From assembly GCA_964016885.1 (NCBI GenBank), contig OZ024740.1:142476001-142540000 (forward strand): a stretch of 64,000 nucleotides of DNA. Reading direction: 5' to 3'. Shown one piece after another: positions 18,001-36,000 of the stretch. The translations under genes and the position numbers were made by a program. The DNA is from Eledone cirrhosa. Lineage: Eukaryota. The notes beneath the pieces are model-generated. The model did not search any database and was not told the DNA's origin. It saw nothing but the letters and a program-made list of their open reading frames with translations. The first letter of the stretch is position 1; every line of letters begins with the position of its first letter.

Positions 18001-21000
18001 TTCAACAAAATCACCATCAACAACATCACATTCAACAACACCACCATCAGCAACATCACCATCAACAACACCACCATCAACAACACCACCATCAACAACA
18101 CCACCATCAACAACATCACCAACAACAACATCACCATCATCAACACCACTATCAACAAAATCACCACCAACAACATCACCATCAACAACATCACCATCAA
18201 CAACATCACCATCAACAACATCACCATCAACAACACCACCATCAACAACATCACCATCAACAACTCCACCATCAACAACATCACCATCAACAACACCACC
18301 ATCAACAACATCACCATCAACAAAACCACCATCAACAACACCACCATCAACAACACCACCATCAACAACACCACCATCAACAACACCACCATCATCAACA
18401 TCAACAACACCACCATCAACAACACCACCATCAACAACACCACCATCAACAACATCACAATCAACAACATCATCAACAGCATCACCATCAACAACATCAC
18501 CATCAACAACATCACCATCAACAACACCACCATCAACAACATCACCATCAACAACATCACCATCAACAACATCACCATCAACAACACAACCATCAACAAC
18601 ATCACCATCAACAACACCACCATCAACAGCACCAACATCAACAACATCACCATCAACAACACCACCATCAACAACACCACCATCAACAACATCACCATCA
18701 ACAACATCACCATCAACAACACCACCATCAACAACATCACCATCAACAACATCACCATCAACAAGACCACCATCAACAACACCACCATCAACAACACCAC
18801 CATCAACAACATCACAATCAACAACATCACCATCAACCAAACCACCATCAACAACACCACCATCAACAACATCACCATCAACAACACCACCATCAACAAC
18901 ATCACCATCAACAACAACACCATCAACAACACCACCATCAACAACATCACCATCAACAACACCACCATCAACAACATCACCATCAACAACACCACCATCA
19001 ACAACATCACCATCAACAACACCACCATCACACCACCAACATCAACAACACCACCATCAACAACACCAGCATCAACAACATCACCATCAACAGTATCACC
19101 ACCATCAACAACATCACCATCAACAACATCACCATCAACAACATCACCATCAACAACATCACCATCAACACCACCAACATCAACAACATCACCATCAACA
19201 CCACCAACATCAACAACAACACATCAACAACATCACCATCAGCAACACCACCATCAACAACACCACCATCAACAACACCACCATCAACAACACCACCATC
19301 AACAACACCACCATCAACAACATCACCATCAACAACACCACCATCAACACCACCAACATTAACAACATCACCATCAACAACGCCACCATCAATAATACCA
19401 CCATCAACAACACCACCATCAACTACATCACCATCAACAACATCACCATCAACAACACCACCATCAACAACATCACCATCAACAACATCACCATCAACAA
19501 CACCACCATCAACAACACCACCATCAACAACACCACCATCAACAACATCACCATCAACAACATCACCATCAACAACATCACCATCAACATCACCATCAAC
19601 AACATCACCATCAACAACACCACCATCAACAACATCACCATCAACAACATCACCATCAACAACACCACCATCAACAACATCACCATCAACAACATCACCA
19701 TCAACAACATCACCATCAACAACACCACCATCAACAACATCACCATCAACAACATCACCATCAACAACACCACCATCAACAACATCACCATCAACAACAC
19801 CACAATCAACAACACCAACATCAACAACATCACCATCAACAACACCACCATCAACAACATCACCATCAACAACACCACCATCAACAACACCACCATCAAC
19901 AACACCACCATCAACACCACCAACATCAATAACATCACCATCAACAACACTACCATCAACAACATCACCATCAACAACACCACCATCAACAACACCACCG
20001 TCAACAACACCACCATCAACAACATCACCATCAACAACATCACCATCAACAACACCACCATCAACATCACCATCAACAACATCACCATCATCAACACCAC
20101 CATCAACAACATCACCATCAACAACATCACCATCAACAACACCACCATCAACAACATCACCATCAACAACACCACCATCAACAACACCACCACCAACAAC
20201 ATCACCATCAACAACATCACCATCAACAACACCACCATCAACATCACCATCAACAACATCACCATCATCAACACCACCATCAACAACATCACCATCAACA
20301 ACATCACCATCAACAACACCACCATCAACAACATCACCATCAACAACACCACCATCAACAACACCACCACCAACAACATCACCATCAACAACATCACCAT
20401 CAACAACACCACCATCAACAACATCACCATCAACAACACCACCATCAACACCACCAACATCAACAACATCACCATCAACAACATCTCCATCAACAACACC
20501 ACCATCAACAACACCACCATCAACAACACCACCATCAACAACATCACCATCAACAACATCATCAACAGCATCACCATCAACAACATCACCATCAACAACA
20601 TCACCATCAACAACACCACCATCAACAACATCACCATCAACAACATCACCATCAACAACACACCATCAACAACACACCATCAACACACCAACACCATCAA
20701 CAACATCACAACCATCAACAACATCACCATCAACAACACCACCATCAACAACAACACTCATCAACAACATCACCATCAACAACACACCATCAACAACATC
20801 ACCATCAACAACACCTCATCAACAACACCATCAACAACACCACCATCAACAACATCACCCATCAACAAACCACCATCAACAACACCATCAACAACATCAC
20901 CATCAACAACACCACCATCAACAACACCACCATCAACAACATCACCATCAACACCACCAACACATCAACAACAACCATCAACAACACACCATCAACAACA

Positions 21001-24000
21001 TCACCATCAACAACACCACCATCAACAACATCACCTCAACAACACCACCATCACACCACCACATCAACAACACCACCATCAACAACACCAGCATCAACAA
21101 CATCACATCAACAGTATCAACCACCATCAACAACATCACCATCAACAACATCACCATCAACAACACACCATCACATCAACAGCACATCAACACAATCATC
21201 AACAACATCATCAACACATCAAGCAACAACATCACCATCAAGCAACACCACCATCAACAACACCACATCAACATCACCACCATCAACAACACACATCAAC
21301 AACACCACCATCAACAACATCACCATCAACAACACCACCATCAACACCACCACATTAACAACATCACCATCAACAACGCCACCATCAACAATACCACCAT
21401 CAACAACACCACCATCAACTACATCACCATCAACAACATCACCATCAACAACACCACCATCAACAACATCACCATCAACAACATCACCATCAACAACACC
21501 ACCATCAACAACACCACCATCAACAACACCACCATCAACAACATCACCATCAACAACATCACCATCAACAACATCACCATCAACATCACCATCAACAACA
21601 TCACCATCAACAACACCACCATCAACAACATCACCATCAACAACATCACCATCAACAACACCACCATCAACAACATCACCATCAACAACATCACCATCAA
21701 CAACATCACCATCAACAACACCACCATCAACAACATCACCATCAACAACATCACCATCAACAACACCACCATCAACAACATCACCATCAACAACACCACA
21801 ATCAACAACACCAACATCAACAACATCACCATCAACAACACCACCATCAACAACATCACCATCAACAACACCACCATCAACAACACCACCATCAACAACA
21901 CCACCATCAACACCACCAACATCAATAACATCACCATCAACAACACTACCATCAACAACATCACCATCAACAACACCACCATCAACAACACCACCGTCAA
22001 CAACACCACCATCAACAACATCACCATCAACAACATCACCATCAACAACACCACCATCAACATCACCATCAACAACATCACCATCATCAACACCACCATC
22101 AACAACATCACCATCAACAACATCACCATCAACAACACCACCATCAACAACATCACCATCAACAACACCACCATCAACAACACCACCACCAACAACATCA
22201 CCATCAACAACATCACCATCAACAACACCACCATCAACATCACCATCAACAACATCACCATCATCAACACCACCATCAACAACATCACCATCAACAACAT
22301 CACCATCAACAACACCACCATCAACAACATCACCATCAACAACACCACCATCAACAACATCACCATCAACAACACCACCATCAACAACACCACCATCAAC
22401 AACACCACCATCAACAACACCACCATCAACAACACCACCATCAACAACACCACAATCAACAACACCACCATCAACAACATCACCATCAACAACACCACCA
22501 TCATCAACATCACCATCAACAACACCACCATCAACAACATCACCATCAACAACACCACCATCAACAACACCACCATCAACAACATCACCATCAACAACAC
22601 CACCATCAACAACACCACCATCAACAACATCACCATCAACAACATCACCATCAACAACACCACCATCAACAACATCACCATCAACAACACCACCATCAAA
22701 AACACCACCATCAACAACATCACCATCAACAACACCACCATCAACAACACCACCATCAACAACATCACCATCAACAACACCACCATCAACAACACCACCA
22801 TCAACAACATCACCATCAACAACACCACCATCAACAACACCACCATCAACAACATCACCATCAACAACATCACCATCAACAACACCACCATCAACAACAC
22901 CACCATCAACAACACCACCATCAACAACATCACCATCAACAACATCACCATCAACAACACCACCATCAACAACACCACCATCAACAACACCACAATCAAC
23001 AACACCACCATCAACAACATCACCATCAACAACACCACCATCAACAACACCACCATCATCAACATCACCATCAACAACACCACCATCAACAACATCACCA
23101 TCAACAACACCACCATCAACAACACCACCATCAACAACATCACCATCAACAACACCACCATCATCAACATCACCATCAACAACACCACCATCAACAACAC
23201 CACCATCAACAACATCACCATCAACAACACCACCATCAACAACATCACCATCAACAACACCACCATCAACAACATCACCATCAACAACACCACCATCAAC
23301 AACATCACCATCAACAACACCACCATCATCAACATCACCATCAACAACACCACCATCAACAACATCACCATCAACAACACCACCATCAACAACACCACCA
23401 TCAACAACATCACCATCAACAACACCACCATCAACAACATCACCATCAACAACATCACCATCATCAACACCACCATCAACAACACCACCATCAACAACAT
23501 CACCATCAACAACACCACCATCAACAACGCCACCATCAACAACATCACCATCAACAACATCACCATCAACAACACCACCATCAATAACATCACCAACAAC
23601 AACGCCACCATCAACAACAACAACATCAACAACATCACCATCAACAACACCACTATCAACAACGCCACCATCAACAACGCCACCATCAACAACATCACCA
23701 TCAACAACATCACCATCAACAATTCCACCAACAACAACATCACCATCAACAACGCCACCATCAACCACAACAACATCTAACTTCACCATCAACAATACCA
23801 CCATCAACAACACCACCATCAACAACATCACCAAAAACAACACCAGCATCAACAACATCACCATCAACAACACCACCATCAACAACATCACCATCAACAA
23901 CACCACCATCAACAACATCACCATCAACAATACCACCATCAACAACGCCACCATCAACAACAACAACATCAACAACATCACCATCAACAACACCACCAAC

Positions 24001-27000
24001 AACAACACCACCATCAATAACATCACCATCAACAACACCACCATCAACAACACCACCATCAACAACACCACCATCAACAACGCCACCATCAACAACAACA
24101 ACATCAACAACACCACCATCAACAACGCCACCATCAACAACATCACCATCAACAACATCACCATCAACAACTCCACCAACAACAACATCACCATCAACAA
24201 CGCCACCATCAACAACAACAACATCAACAACATCACCATCAACAATACCACCATCAACAACACCACCAACAACAACATCACCATCAACAACACCACCATC
24301 AACAACACCACCATCAACAACAACAACATCAACAACACCACCATAAACAACACCACCATCATTAACACCACCATCAACAACACCACCATCAACACCACCA
24401 CCATCAACATCACCATCAACAACACCACCATCAACAACACCACCATCAACAACACCACCATCAACAACACCACCATCAACACCACCACCATCAACAACAC
24501 CACCAACCACAACACCACCATCAACAACACCACCATCAACAACACCACCATCAACACCACCACCATCAACAACACCACCAACCACAACACCACCATCAAC
24601 AACGCCACCATCAACACCACCACCATCAACAACACCACCAACCACAACACCACCATCAACAACACCACCATCAACACCATCACCATCAACAACACCACCA
24701 TCAACAACACCACCATCAACAACACCACCATCAACACCACCACCATCAACAACACCACCAACCACAACACCACCATCAACAACACCACCATCAACAACAC
24801 CACCATCAACAACACCACCATCAACACCACCACCATCAACAACACCACCAACCACAACACCACCAACCACAACACCACCATCAACAACACCACCATCAAC
24901 AACACCACCATCAACAACACCACCATCAACAACACCACCATCAACACCACCACCATCAACAACACCACCAACCACAACACCACCATCAACAACACCACCA
25001 TCAACAACACCACCATCAACAACACCACCATCAACACCACCACCATCATCACCATCACCATCAACAACATCACCATCAACACCACCACCATCAACAACAC
25101 CATCATCAACAACACCACCATCAACAACACCACTATCAACAACACCACCATCAACAACATCACCATCAACAACACCACCATCAACAACACCACCATCAAC
25201 AACACCACCATCAACAACACCACCATCAACAACACAACCATCAACAACATCACCATCAACAACACCACCATCAACAACATCACCATCAACAACACCACCA
25301 TCAACAACACCACCATCAACAACACCACCATCAACAACACCACCACCAACAACATCACCATCAACAACATCACCATCAACAACATCACCATCAACACCAC
25401 CACCATCAACAACACCACCATCAACAACACCACTATCAACAACACCACCACCAACAACACCACCATCAACAACACCAACATCAACAACATCACCATCAAC
25501 AACACCACCATCAACAACATCACCATCAACAACACCACCATCAACAACACCACCATCAACAACACCACCATCAACACCACCAACATCAATAACATCACCA
25601 TCAACAACACTACCATCAACAACATCACCATCAACAACACCACCATCAACAACACCACCGTCAACAACACCACCATCAACAACATCACCATCAACAACAT
25701 CACCATCAACAACACCACCATCAACATCACCATCAACAACATCACCATCATCAACACCACCATCAACAACATCACCATCAACAACATCACCATCAACAAC
25801 ACCACCATCAACAACATCACCATCAACAACACCACCATCAACAACACCACCACCAACAACATCACCATCAACAACATCACCATCAACAACACCACCATCA
25901 ACATCACCATCAACAACATCACCATCATCAACACCACCATCAACAACATCACCATCAACAACATCACCATCAACAACACCACCATCAACAACATCACCAT
26001 CAACAACACCACCATCAACAACATCACCATCAACAACACCACCATCAACAACACCACCATCAACAACACCACCATCAACAACACCACCATCAACAACACC
26101 ACCATCAACAACACCACAATCAACAACACCACCATCAACAACATCACCATCAACAACACCACCATCATCAACATCACCATCAACAACACCACCATCAACA
26201 ACATCACCATCAACAACACCACCATCAACAACACCACCATCAACAACATCACCATCAACAACACCACCATCAACAACACCACCATCAACAACATCACCAT
26301 CAACAACATCACCATCAACAACACCACCATCAACAACATCACCATCAACAACACCACCATCAAAAACACCACCATCAACAACATCACCATCAACAACACC
26401 ACCATCAACAACACCACCATCAACAACATCACCATCAACAACACCACCATCAACAACACCACCATCAACAACATCACCATCAACAACACCACCATCAACA
26501 ACACCACCATCAACAACATCACCATCAACAACATCACCATCAACAACACCACCATCAACAACACCACCATCAACAACACCACCATCAACAACATCACCAT
26601 CAACAACATCACCATCAACAACACCACCATCAACAACACCACCATCAACAACACCACAATCAACAACACCACCATCAACAACATCACCATCAACAACACC
26701 ACCATCAACAACACCACCATCATCAACATCACCATCAACAACACCACCATCAACAACATCACCATCAACAACACCACCATCAACAACACCACCATCAACA
26801 ACATCACCATCAACAACACCACCATCATCAACATCACCATCAACAACACCACCATCAACAACACCACCATCAACAACATCACCATCAACAACACCACCAT
26901 CAACAACATCACCATCAACAACACCACCATCAACAACATCACCATCAACAACACCACCATCAACAACATCACCATCAACAACACCACCATCATCAACATC

Positions 27001-30000
27001 ACCATCAACAACACCACCATCAACAACATCACCATCAACAACACCACCATCAACAACACCACCATCAACAACATCACCATCAACAACACCACCATCAACA
27101 ACATCACCATCAACAACATCACCATCATCAACACCACCATCAACAACACCACCATCAACAACATCACCATCAACAACACCACCATCAACAACGCCACCAT
27201 CAACAACATCACCATCAACAACATCACCATCAACAACACCACCATCAATAACATCACCAACAACAGCGCCACCATCAACAACAACAACATCAACAACATC
27301 ACCATCAACAACACCACTATCAACAACGCCACCATCAACAACGCCACCATCAACAACATCACCATCAACAACATCACCATCAACAATTCCACCAACAACA
27401 ACATCACCATCAACAACGCCACCATCAACCACAACAACATCTAACTTCACCATCAACAATACCACCATCAACAACACCACCATCAACAACATCACCAAAA
27501 ACAACACCAGCATCAACAACATCACCATCAACAACACCACCATCAACAACATCACCATCAACAACACCACCATCAACAACATCACCATCAACAATACCAC
27601 CATCAACAACGCCACCATCAACAACAACAACATCAACAACATCACCATCAACAACACCACCAACAACAACACCACCATCAATAACATCACCATCAACAAC
27701 ACCACCATCAACAACACCACCATCAACAACACCACCATCAACAACGCCACCATCAACAACAACAACATCAACAACACCACCATCAACAACGCCACCATCA
27801 ACAACATCACCATCAACAACATCACCATCAACAACTCCACCAACAACAACATCACCATCAACAACGCCACCATCAACAACAACAACATCAACAACATCAC
27901 CATCAACAATACCACCATCAACAACACCACCAACAACAACATCACCATCAACAACACCACCATCAACAACACCACCATCAACAACAACAACATCAACAAC
28001 ACCACCATAAACAACACCACCATCATTAACACCACCATCAACAACACCACCATCAACACCACCACCATCAACATCACCATCAACAACACCACCATCAACA
28101 ACACCACCATCAACAACACCACCATCAACAACACCACCATCAACACCACCACCATCAACAACACCACCAACCACAACACCACCATCAACAACACCACCAT
28201 CAACAACACCACCATCAACACCACCACCATCAACAACACCACCAACCACAACACCACCATCAACAACGCCACCATCAACACCACCACCATCAACAACACC
28301 ACCAACCACAACACCACCATCAACAACACCACCATCAACACCATCACCATCAACAACACCACCATCAACAACACCACCATCAACAACACCACCATCAACA
28401 CCACCACCATCAACAACACCACCAACCACAACACCACCATCAACAACACCACCATCAACAACACCACCATCAACAACACCACCATCAACACCACCACCAT
28501 CAACAACACCACCAACCACAACACCACCAACCACAACACCACCATCAACAACACCACCATCAACAACACCACCATCAACAACACCACCATCAACAACACC
28601 ACCATCAACACCACCACCATCAACAACACCACCAACCACAACACCACCATCAACAACACCACCATCAACAACACCACCATCAACAACACCACCATCAACA
28701 CCACCACCATCATCACCATCACCATCAACAACATCACCATCAACACCACCACCATCAACAACACCATCATCAACAACACCACCATCAACAACACCACTAT
28801 CAACAACACCACCATCAACAACATCACCATCAACAACACCACCATCAACAACACCACCATCAACAACACCACCATCAACAACACCACCATCAACAACACA
28901 ACCATCAACAACATCACCATCAACAACACCACCATCAACAACATCACCATCAACAACACCACCATCAACAACACCACCATCAACAACACCACCATCAACA
29001 ACACCACCACCAACAACATCACCATCAACAACATCACCATCAACAACATCACCATCAACACCACCACCATCAACAACACCACCATCAACAACACCACTAT
29101 CAACAACACCACCACCAACAACACCACCATCAACAACAACACCACCATCAACAACACCACAATCAACAACACCACCATCAACAACACCACTATCAACAAC
29201 ACCACCACCAACAACATCACCATCAACAACATCACCATCAACAACACCACCATCAACAACACCACCATCAACAACACCACCATCAACAACACCACCATCA
29301 ACAACACCACCATCAACAACACCACTATCAACAACACCACCACCAACAACATCACCATCAACAACACCACCATCAACAACATCACCATCAACAACATCAC
29401 CATCAACAACACCACCATCAACAACACCACCATCAACAACATCACCATCAACAACACCACCATCAACAACATCACCATCAACAACACCACCACCAACAAC
29501 ACCACTATCAACAACACCACCACCAACAACACCACCATAAACAACATCACCATCAACAACACCACTATCAACAACACCACCATCAACAACACCACCATCA
29601 ACAACATCACCATCAACAACATCACCATCAACAACACCACCATCAACAACACCACCATCAACAACACCACCATCAACAACATCACCATCAACAACACTAC
29701 CATCAACAACATCACCATCAACAACACCACCATCAACAACACCACCACCAACAACACCACTATCAACAACACCACCACCAACAACACCACCATCAACAAC
29801 ATCACCATAAACAACACGACTATCAACAACACCACCATCAACAACACCACCATCAACAACATCACCATCAACACCACCACCATCAACAACACCACCATCA
29901 ACAGCACCACCATCAACAACACCAACATCAACAACACCACCATCAACAACATCACCATCAACAACACCACTATCAACAACACCACCATCAACAACACCAC

Positions 30001-33000
30001 CATCAACAACATCACCATCAACAACACCACCATCAACAACATCACCATCAACAACACCACCATCAACAACACCACCATCAACAACACCACCATCAACAAC
30101 ACCACCATCAACAACATCACCATCAACAACACCACCATCAACAACATCACCATCAACAACACCACCATCAACAACACTACCATCAACAACACCACCATCA
30201 ACAACATCACCATCAACAACATCACCACCAACAACACCACCATCAACAACATCACAATCAACAACACCAACATCAACAACACCACCATCAACAACATCAC
30301 CATCAACAACACCAACATCAACAACATCACCATCAACAACATCACCATCAACAACACCACCATCAACAACACCACCATCAACAACACCACCATCAACAAC
30401 ATCACCATCAACAACACCACCATCAACAACATCACCATCAACAACACAACCATCAACAACACTACCATCAACAACACCACCATCAACAACATCACCATCA
30501 ACCACACCACCATCAACACCATCACCTTCAACAACATCACCATCAACAACACCAACATCAACAACATCACCATCAACAACATCACCATCAACAACATCAC
30601 CATCAACAACATCACCATCAACAACATCACCCTCAACAACATCACCATCAACAACATCACCATCAACAACACCACCATCAACAACACCACCATCAACATC
30701 ACCATCAACAACACCACCATCAACACCATCACCTTCAACAACATCACCATCAACAACACCAACATCAACAACACCACCATCAACAACATCACCATCAACA
30801 ACACTACCATCAACACCATCACCTTCAACAACACCACCACCAACAACACCACCATCAACAACACCACCATCAACAACATCACCTTCAACAACATCACCAT
30901 CAACAACACCAACATCAACAACATCACCATCAACAACATCACCATCAACAACATCACCATCAACAACACCACCACCAACAACACCACCATCAACAACACC
31001 ACCATCAACAACACCACCATCAACAACACCAACACAACACCAACACCTTCAACAACATCACCATCAACAACACCAACATCAACAACATCACCATCAACAA
31101 CACCACCAACAACAACACCCCCATCAACAACACCACCATCAACAACGCCACCATCAACAACATCACCATCAACAACACCACCATCAACACCATCACCATC
31201 AACAACACCACCATCAAGAACACCACCATCAACAACATCACCCTCAACAACACCACCATCAACAACACCACCATCAATAACATCACCAACAAGAACGCCA
31301 CCATCAACAACAACAACATCAACAACATCACCATCAACAACACCACCATCAACAACGCCACCATCAACAACGCCACCATCAACAACATCACCATCAACAA
31401 CATCACCATCAACAATTCCACCAACAACAACATCACCATCAACAACGCCACCATCAACCACAACAACATCTAACATCACCATCAACAATACCACCATCAA
31501 CAACACCACCATCAACAACATCACCAAAAACAACACCAGCATCAACAACATCACCATCAACAACACCACCATCAACAACATCACCATCAACAATACCACC
31601 ATCAACAACACCACCATCAACAACATCACCAAAAACAACACCAGCATCAACAACATCACCATCAACAACACCACCATCAACAACATCACCAAAAACAACA
31701 CCACCATCATCAACACCACCATCAACAACGCCACCATCAACAACAACAACATCAACAACATCACCATCAACAACACCACAAACAACAACACCACCATCAA
31801 TAACATCACCATCAACAACACCACCATCAACAACACCACCATCAACAACACCACCATCAACAACGCTACCATCAACAACAACAACATCAACAACACCACC
31901 ATCAACAACACCACCATCAACAACGCTACCATCAACAACAACAACATCAACAACACCACCATCAACAACGCCACCATCAACAACATCACCATCAACAATA
32001 CCACCATCAACAACATCACCATCAACAACACCACCATCAACAACATCACCAACAACAACATCACCATCAACAACACCACCATCAACAACACCACCATCAA
32101 CAACAACAACATCAACAACACCACCATCAACAACATCACCATCAACAACATCACCATCATTAACACCACCATCAACAACACCACCATCAACACCACCACC
32201 ATCAACATCACCATCAACAACACCACAATCAACAATATCACCATCAACAACACCACCATCAACAACATCACCATCAACAACACCACCATCAACAACATCA
32301 CCATCAACAACACCACCATCAACAACGCCACCATCAACAACAACAACATCAACAACATCACCATCAACAACACCACCATCATCAACACCACCATCAACAA
32401 CGCCACCATCAACAACAACAACATCAACAACACCACCAACAACAACACCACCATCAACAACGCCACCATCAACAACACCACCATCAACAACACCACCATC
32501 AACAACGCCACCATCATCACCATCACCATCAACAACACCACCATCAACACCACCACCATCAACAACATCACCATCAACAACACCACCATCAACAACATCA
32601 CCATCAACAACACCACCATCAACAACACCACCATCAACAACACCACCATCAACAACATCACCATCAACAACACCACCGTCAACAACACCACCATCAACAA
32701 CGCCACCATCAACAACAACAACATCAACAACACACCTTCAACAACACCACCATCAACAACACCACCATCAACAACACCACCATCAACACCACCACCATCA
32801 ACAACACCACCATCAACAACACCACCATCAACAACACCACTATCAACAACACCACTATGAACAACACCACCATCAACAACACCACCATCAACAACACCAC
32901 CATCAACAACACCACCATCAACAACACCACTATCAACAACACCACCACCAACAACATCACCATCAACAACATCACCATCAACAACATCACCATCAACACC

Positions 33001-36000
33001 ACCACCATCAACAACACCACCATCAACAACACCACTTTCAACAACACCACCACCAACAACACCACCATCAACAACAACACCACCATCAACAACACCACCA
33101 TCAACAACATCACCATCAACAACACCACCATCAACACTATCACCATCAACAACACCACCATCAACAACACCACCATCAACAACACCACCATCAACACCAC
33201 CACCATCAACAACACCACCAACCACAACACCACCATCAACAACACCACCATCAACAACACCACCATCAACAACGCCACCATCAACAACACCACCATCAAC
33301 AACATCACCATCAACAACACCACCATCAACACCATCACCATCAACAACACCACCATCAACAACACCACCATCAACAACACCACCATCAACACCACCACCA
33401 TCAACAACACCACCAACCACAACACCACCATCAACAACACCACCATCAACAACACCACCATCAACAACGCCACCATCAACACCACCACCATCAACAACAC
33501 CACCAACCACAACACCACCATCAACAACACCACCATCAACACCATCACCATCAACAACACCACCATCAACAACACCACCATCAACAACACCACCATCAAC
33601 ACCACCACCATCAACAACACCACCAACCACAACACCACCATCAACAACACCACCATCAACAACACCACCATCAACAACACCACCATCAACACCACTACCA
33701 TCAACAACACCACCAACCACAACACCACCAACCACAACACCACCATCAACAACACCACCATCAACAACACCACCATCAACAACGCCACCATCAACAACAT
33801 CACCATCAACAACATCACCATCAACAACACCACCATCAACAACATCACCAACAACAACGCCACCATCAACAACACCACCATCAACAACATCACCATCAAC
33901 AACACCACCATCAACAACATCACCTTCAACAACACCACCATCAACAACACCACCATCAACAACATCACCATCAACAACACCACCATCAACAACACCACCA
34001 TCAACAACATCACCATCAACAACACCACCATCAACAACACCACCATCAACAACATCACCTTCAACAACATCACCATCAACAACACCAACATCAACAACAT
34101 CACCATCAACAACATCACCATCAACACCACCAACATCAACAACATCACCATCAACAACACCACCATCAACAACATCACCATCAACAACACCAACATCAAC
34201 AACATCACCATCAACAACATCACCATCAACACCACCAACATCAACAACATCACCATCAACAACAACACCATCAACAACACCACCATCAACAACATCACCA
34301 TCAACAACATCACCTTCAACAACATCACCATCAACAACATCACCATCAACAACATCACCATCAACAACATCACCTTCAACAACATCACCATCAACAACAC
34401 CAACATCAACAACATCACCATCAACTACATCACCATCAACAACATCACCATCAACAACATCACCATCAACAACATCACCATCAACAACACAAACATCAAC
34501 AACATCACCATCAACAACATCACCATCAACAACATCACCATCAACACCACCAACATCAACAACATCACCATCAACAACATCACCATCAACAACACCACCA
34601 TCAACAACATCACCATCAACAACATCACCATCAACAACACCAGCATCAACAACACCACCATCAATAACATCACCATCAACACCATCACCATCAACAACAC
34701 CACCATCAACAACACCACCATCAACAACACCACCATCAACAACGCCACCATCAACAACATCACCATCAACAACATCACCATCAACAACACCACCATCAAC
34801 AACATCACCAACAACAACGCCACCATCAACAACAACAACATCCACAACATCACCATCAACAACAACAACATCAACAACATCACCAACAACAACATCACCA
34901 TCAACAACACCACCATCAACAACATCACCATCAACAACATCACCATCAACAACATCACCATCAACAACATCACCATCAACAACACCACCATCAACAACAC
35001 CACCATCAACATCACCATCAACAACACCACCATCAACACCATCACCTTCAACAACATCACCATCAACAACACCAACATCAACAACACCACCATCAACAAC
35101 ACCACTATCAACAACACCACCACCAACAACACCACCATCAACAACACCACCATCAACAACATCACCTTCAACAACATCACCATCAACAACACCAACATCA
35201 ACAACATCACCATCAACAACATCACCATCAACAACATCACCATCTACAACACCACCACCAACAACACCACCATCAACAACACCACCATCAACAACACCAC
35301 CATCAACAACACCAACACAACACCAACACCTTCAACAACATCACCATCAACAACACCAACATCAACAACATCACCATCAACAACACCACCAACAACAACA
35401 CCCCCATCAACAACACCACCATCAACAACGCCACCATCAACAACATCACCATCAACAACACCACCATCAACACCATCACCATCAACAACACCACCATCAA
35501 CAACACCACCATCAACAACATCACCCTCAACAACACCACCATCAACAACACCACCATCAACAACATCACCATCAACAACACCACCATCAACAACACCACC
35601 ATCAACAACACCACCATCAACAACGCCACCATCAACAACATCACCATCAACAACATCACCATCAACAACACCACCATCAATAACATCACCAACAACAACG
35701 CCACCATCAACAACAACAACATCAACAACATCACCATCAACAACACCACCATCAACAACGCCACCATCAACAACGCCACCATCAACAACATCACCATCAA
35801 CAACATCACCATCAACAATTCCACCAACAACAACATCACCATCAACAACGCCACCATCAACCACAACAACATCTAACATCACCATCAACAATACCACCAT
35901 CAACAACACCACCATCAACAACATCACCAAAAACAACACCAGCATCAACAACATCACCATCAACAACACCACCATCAACAACATCACCATCAACAATACC

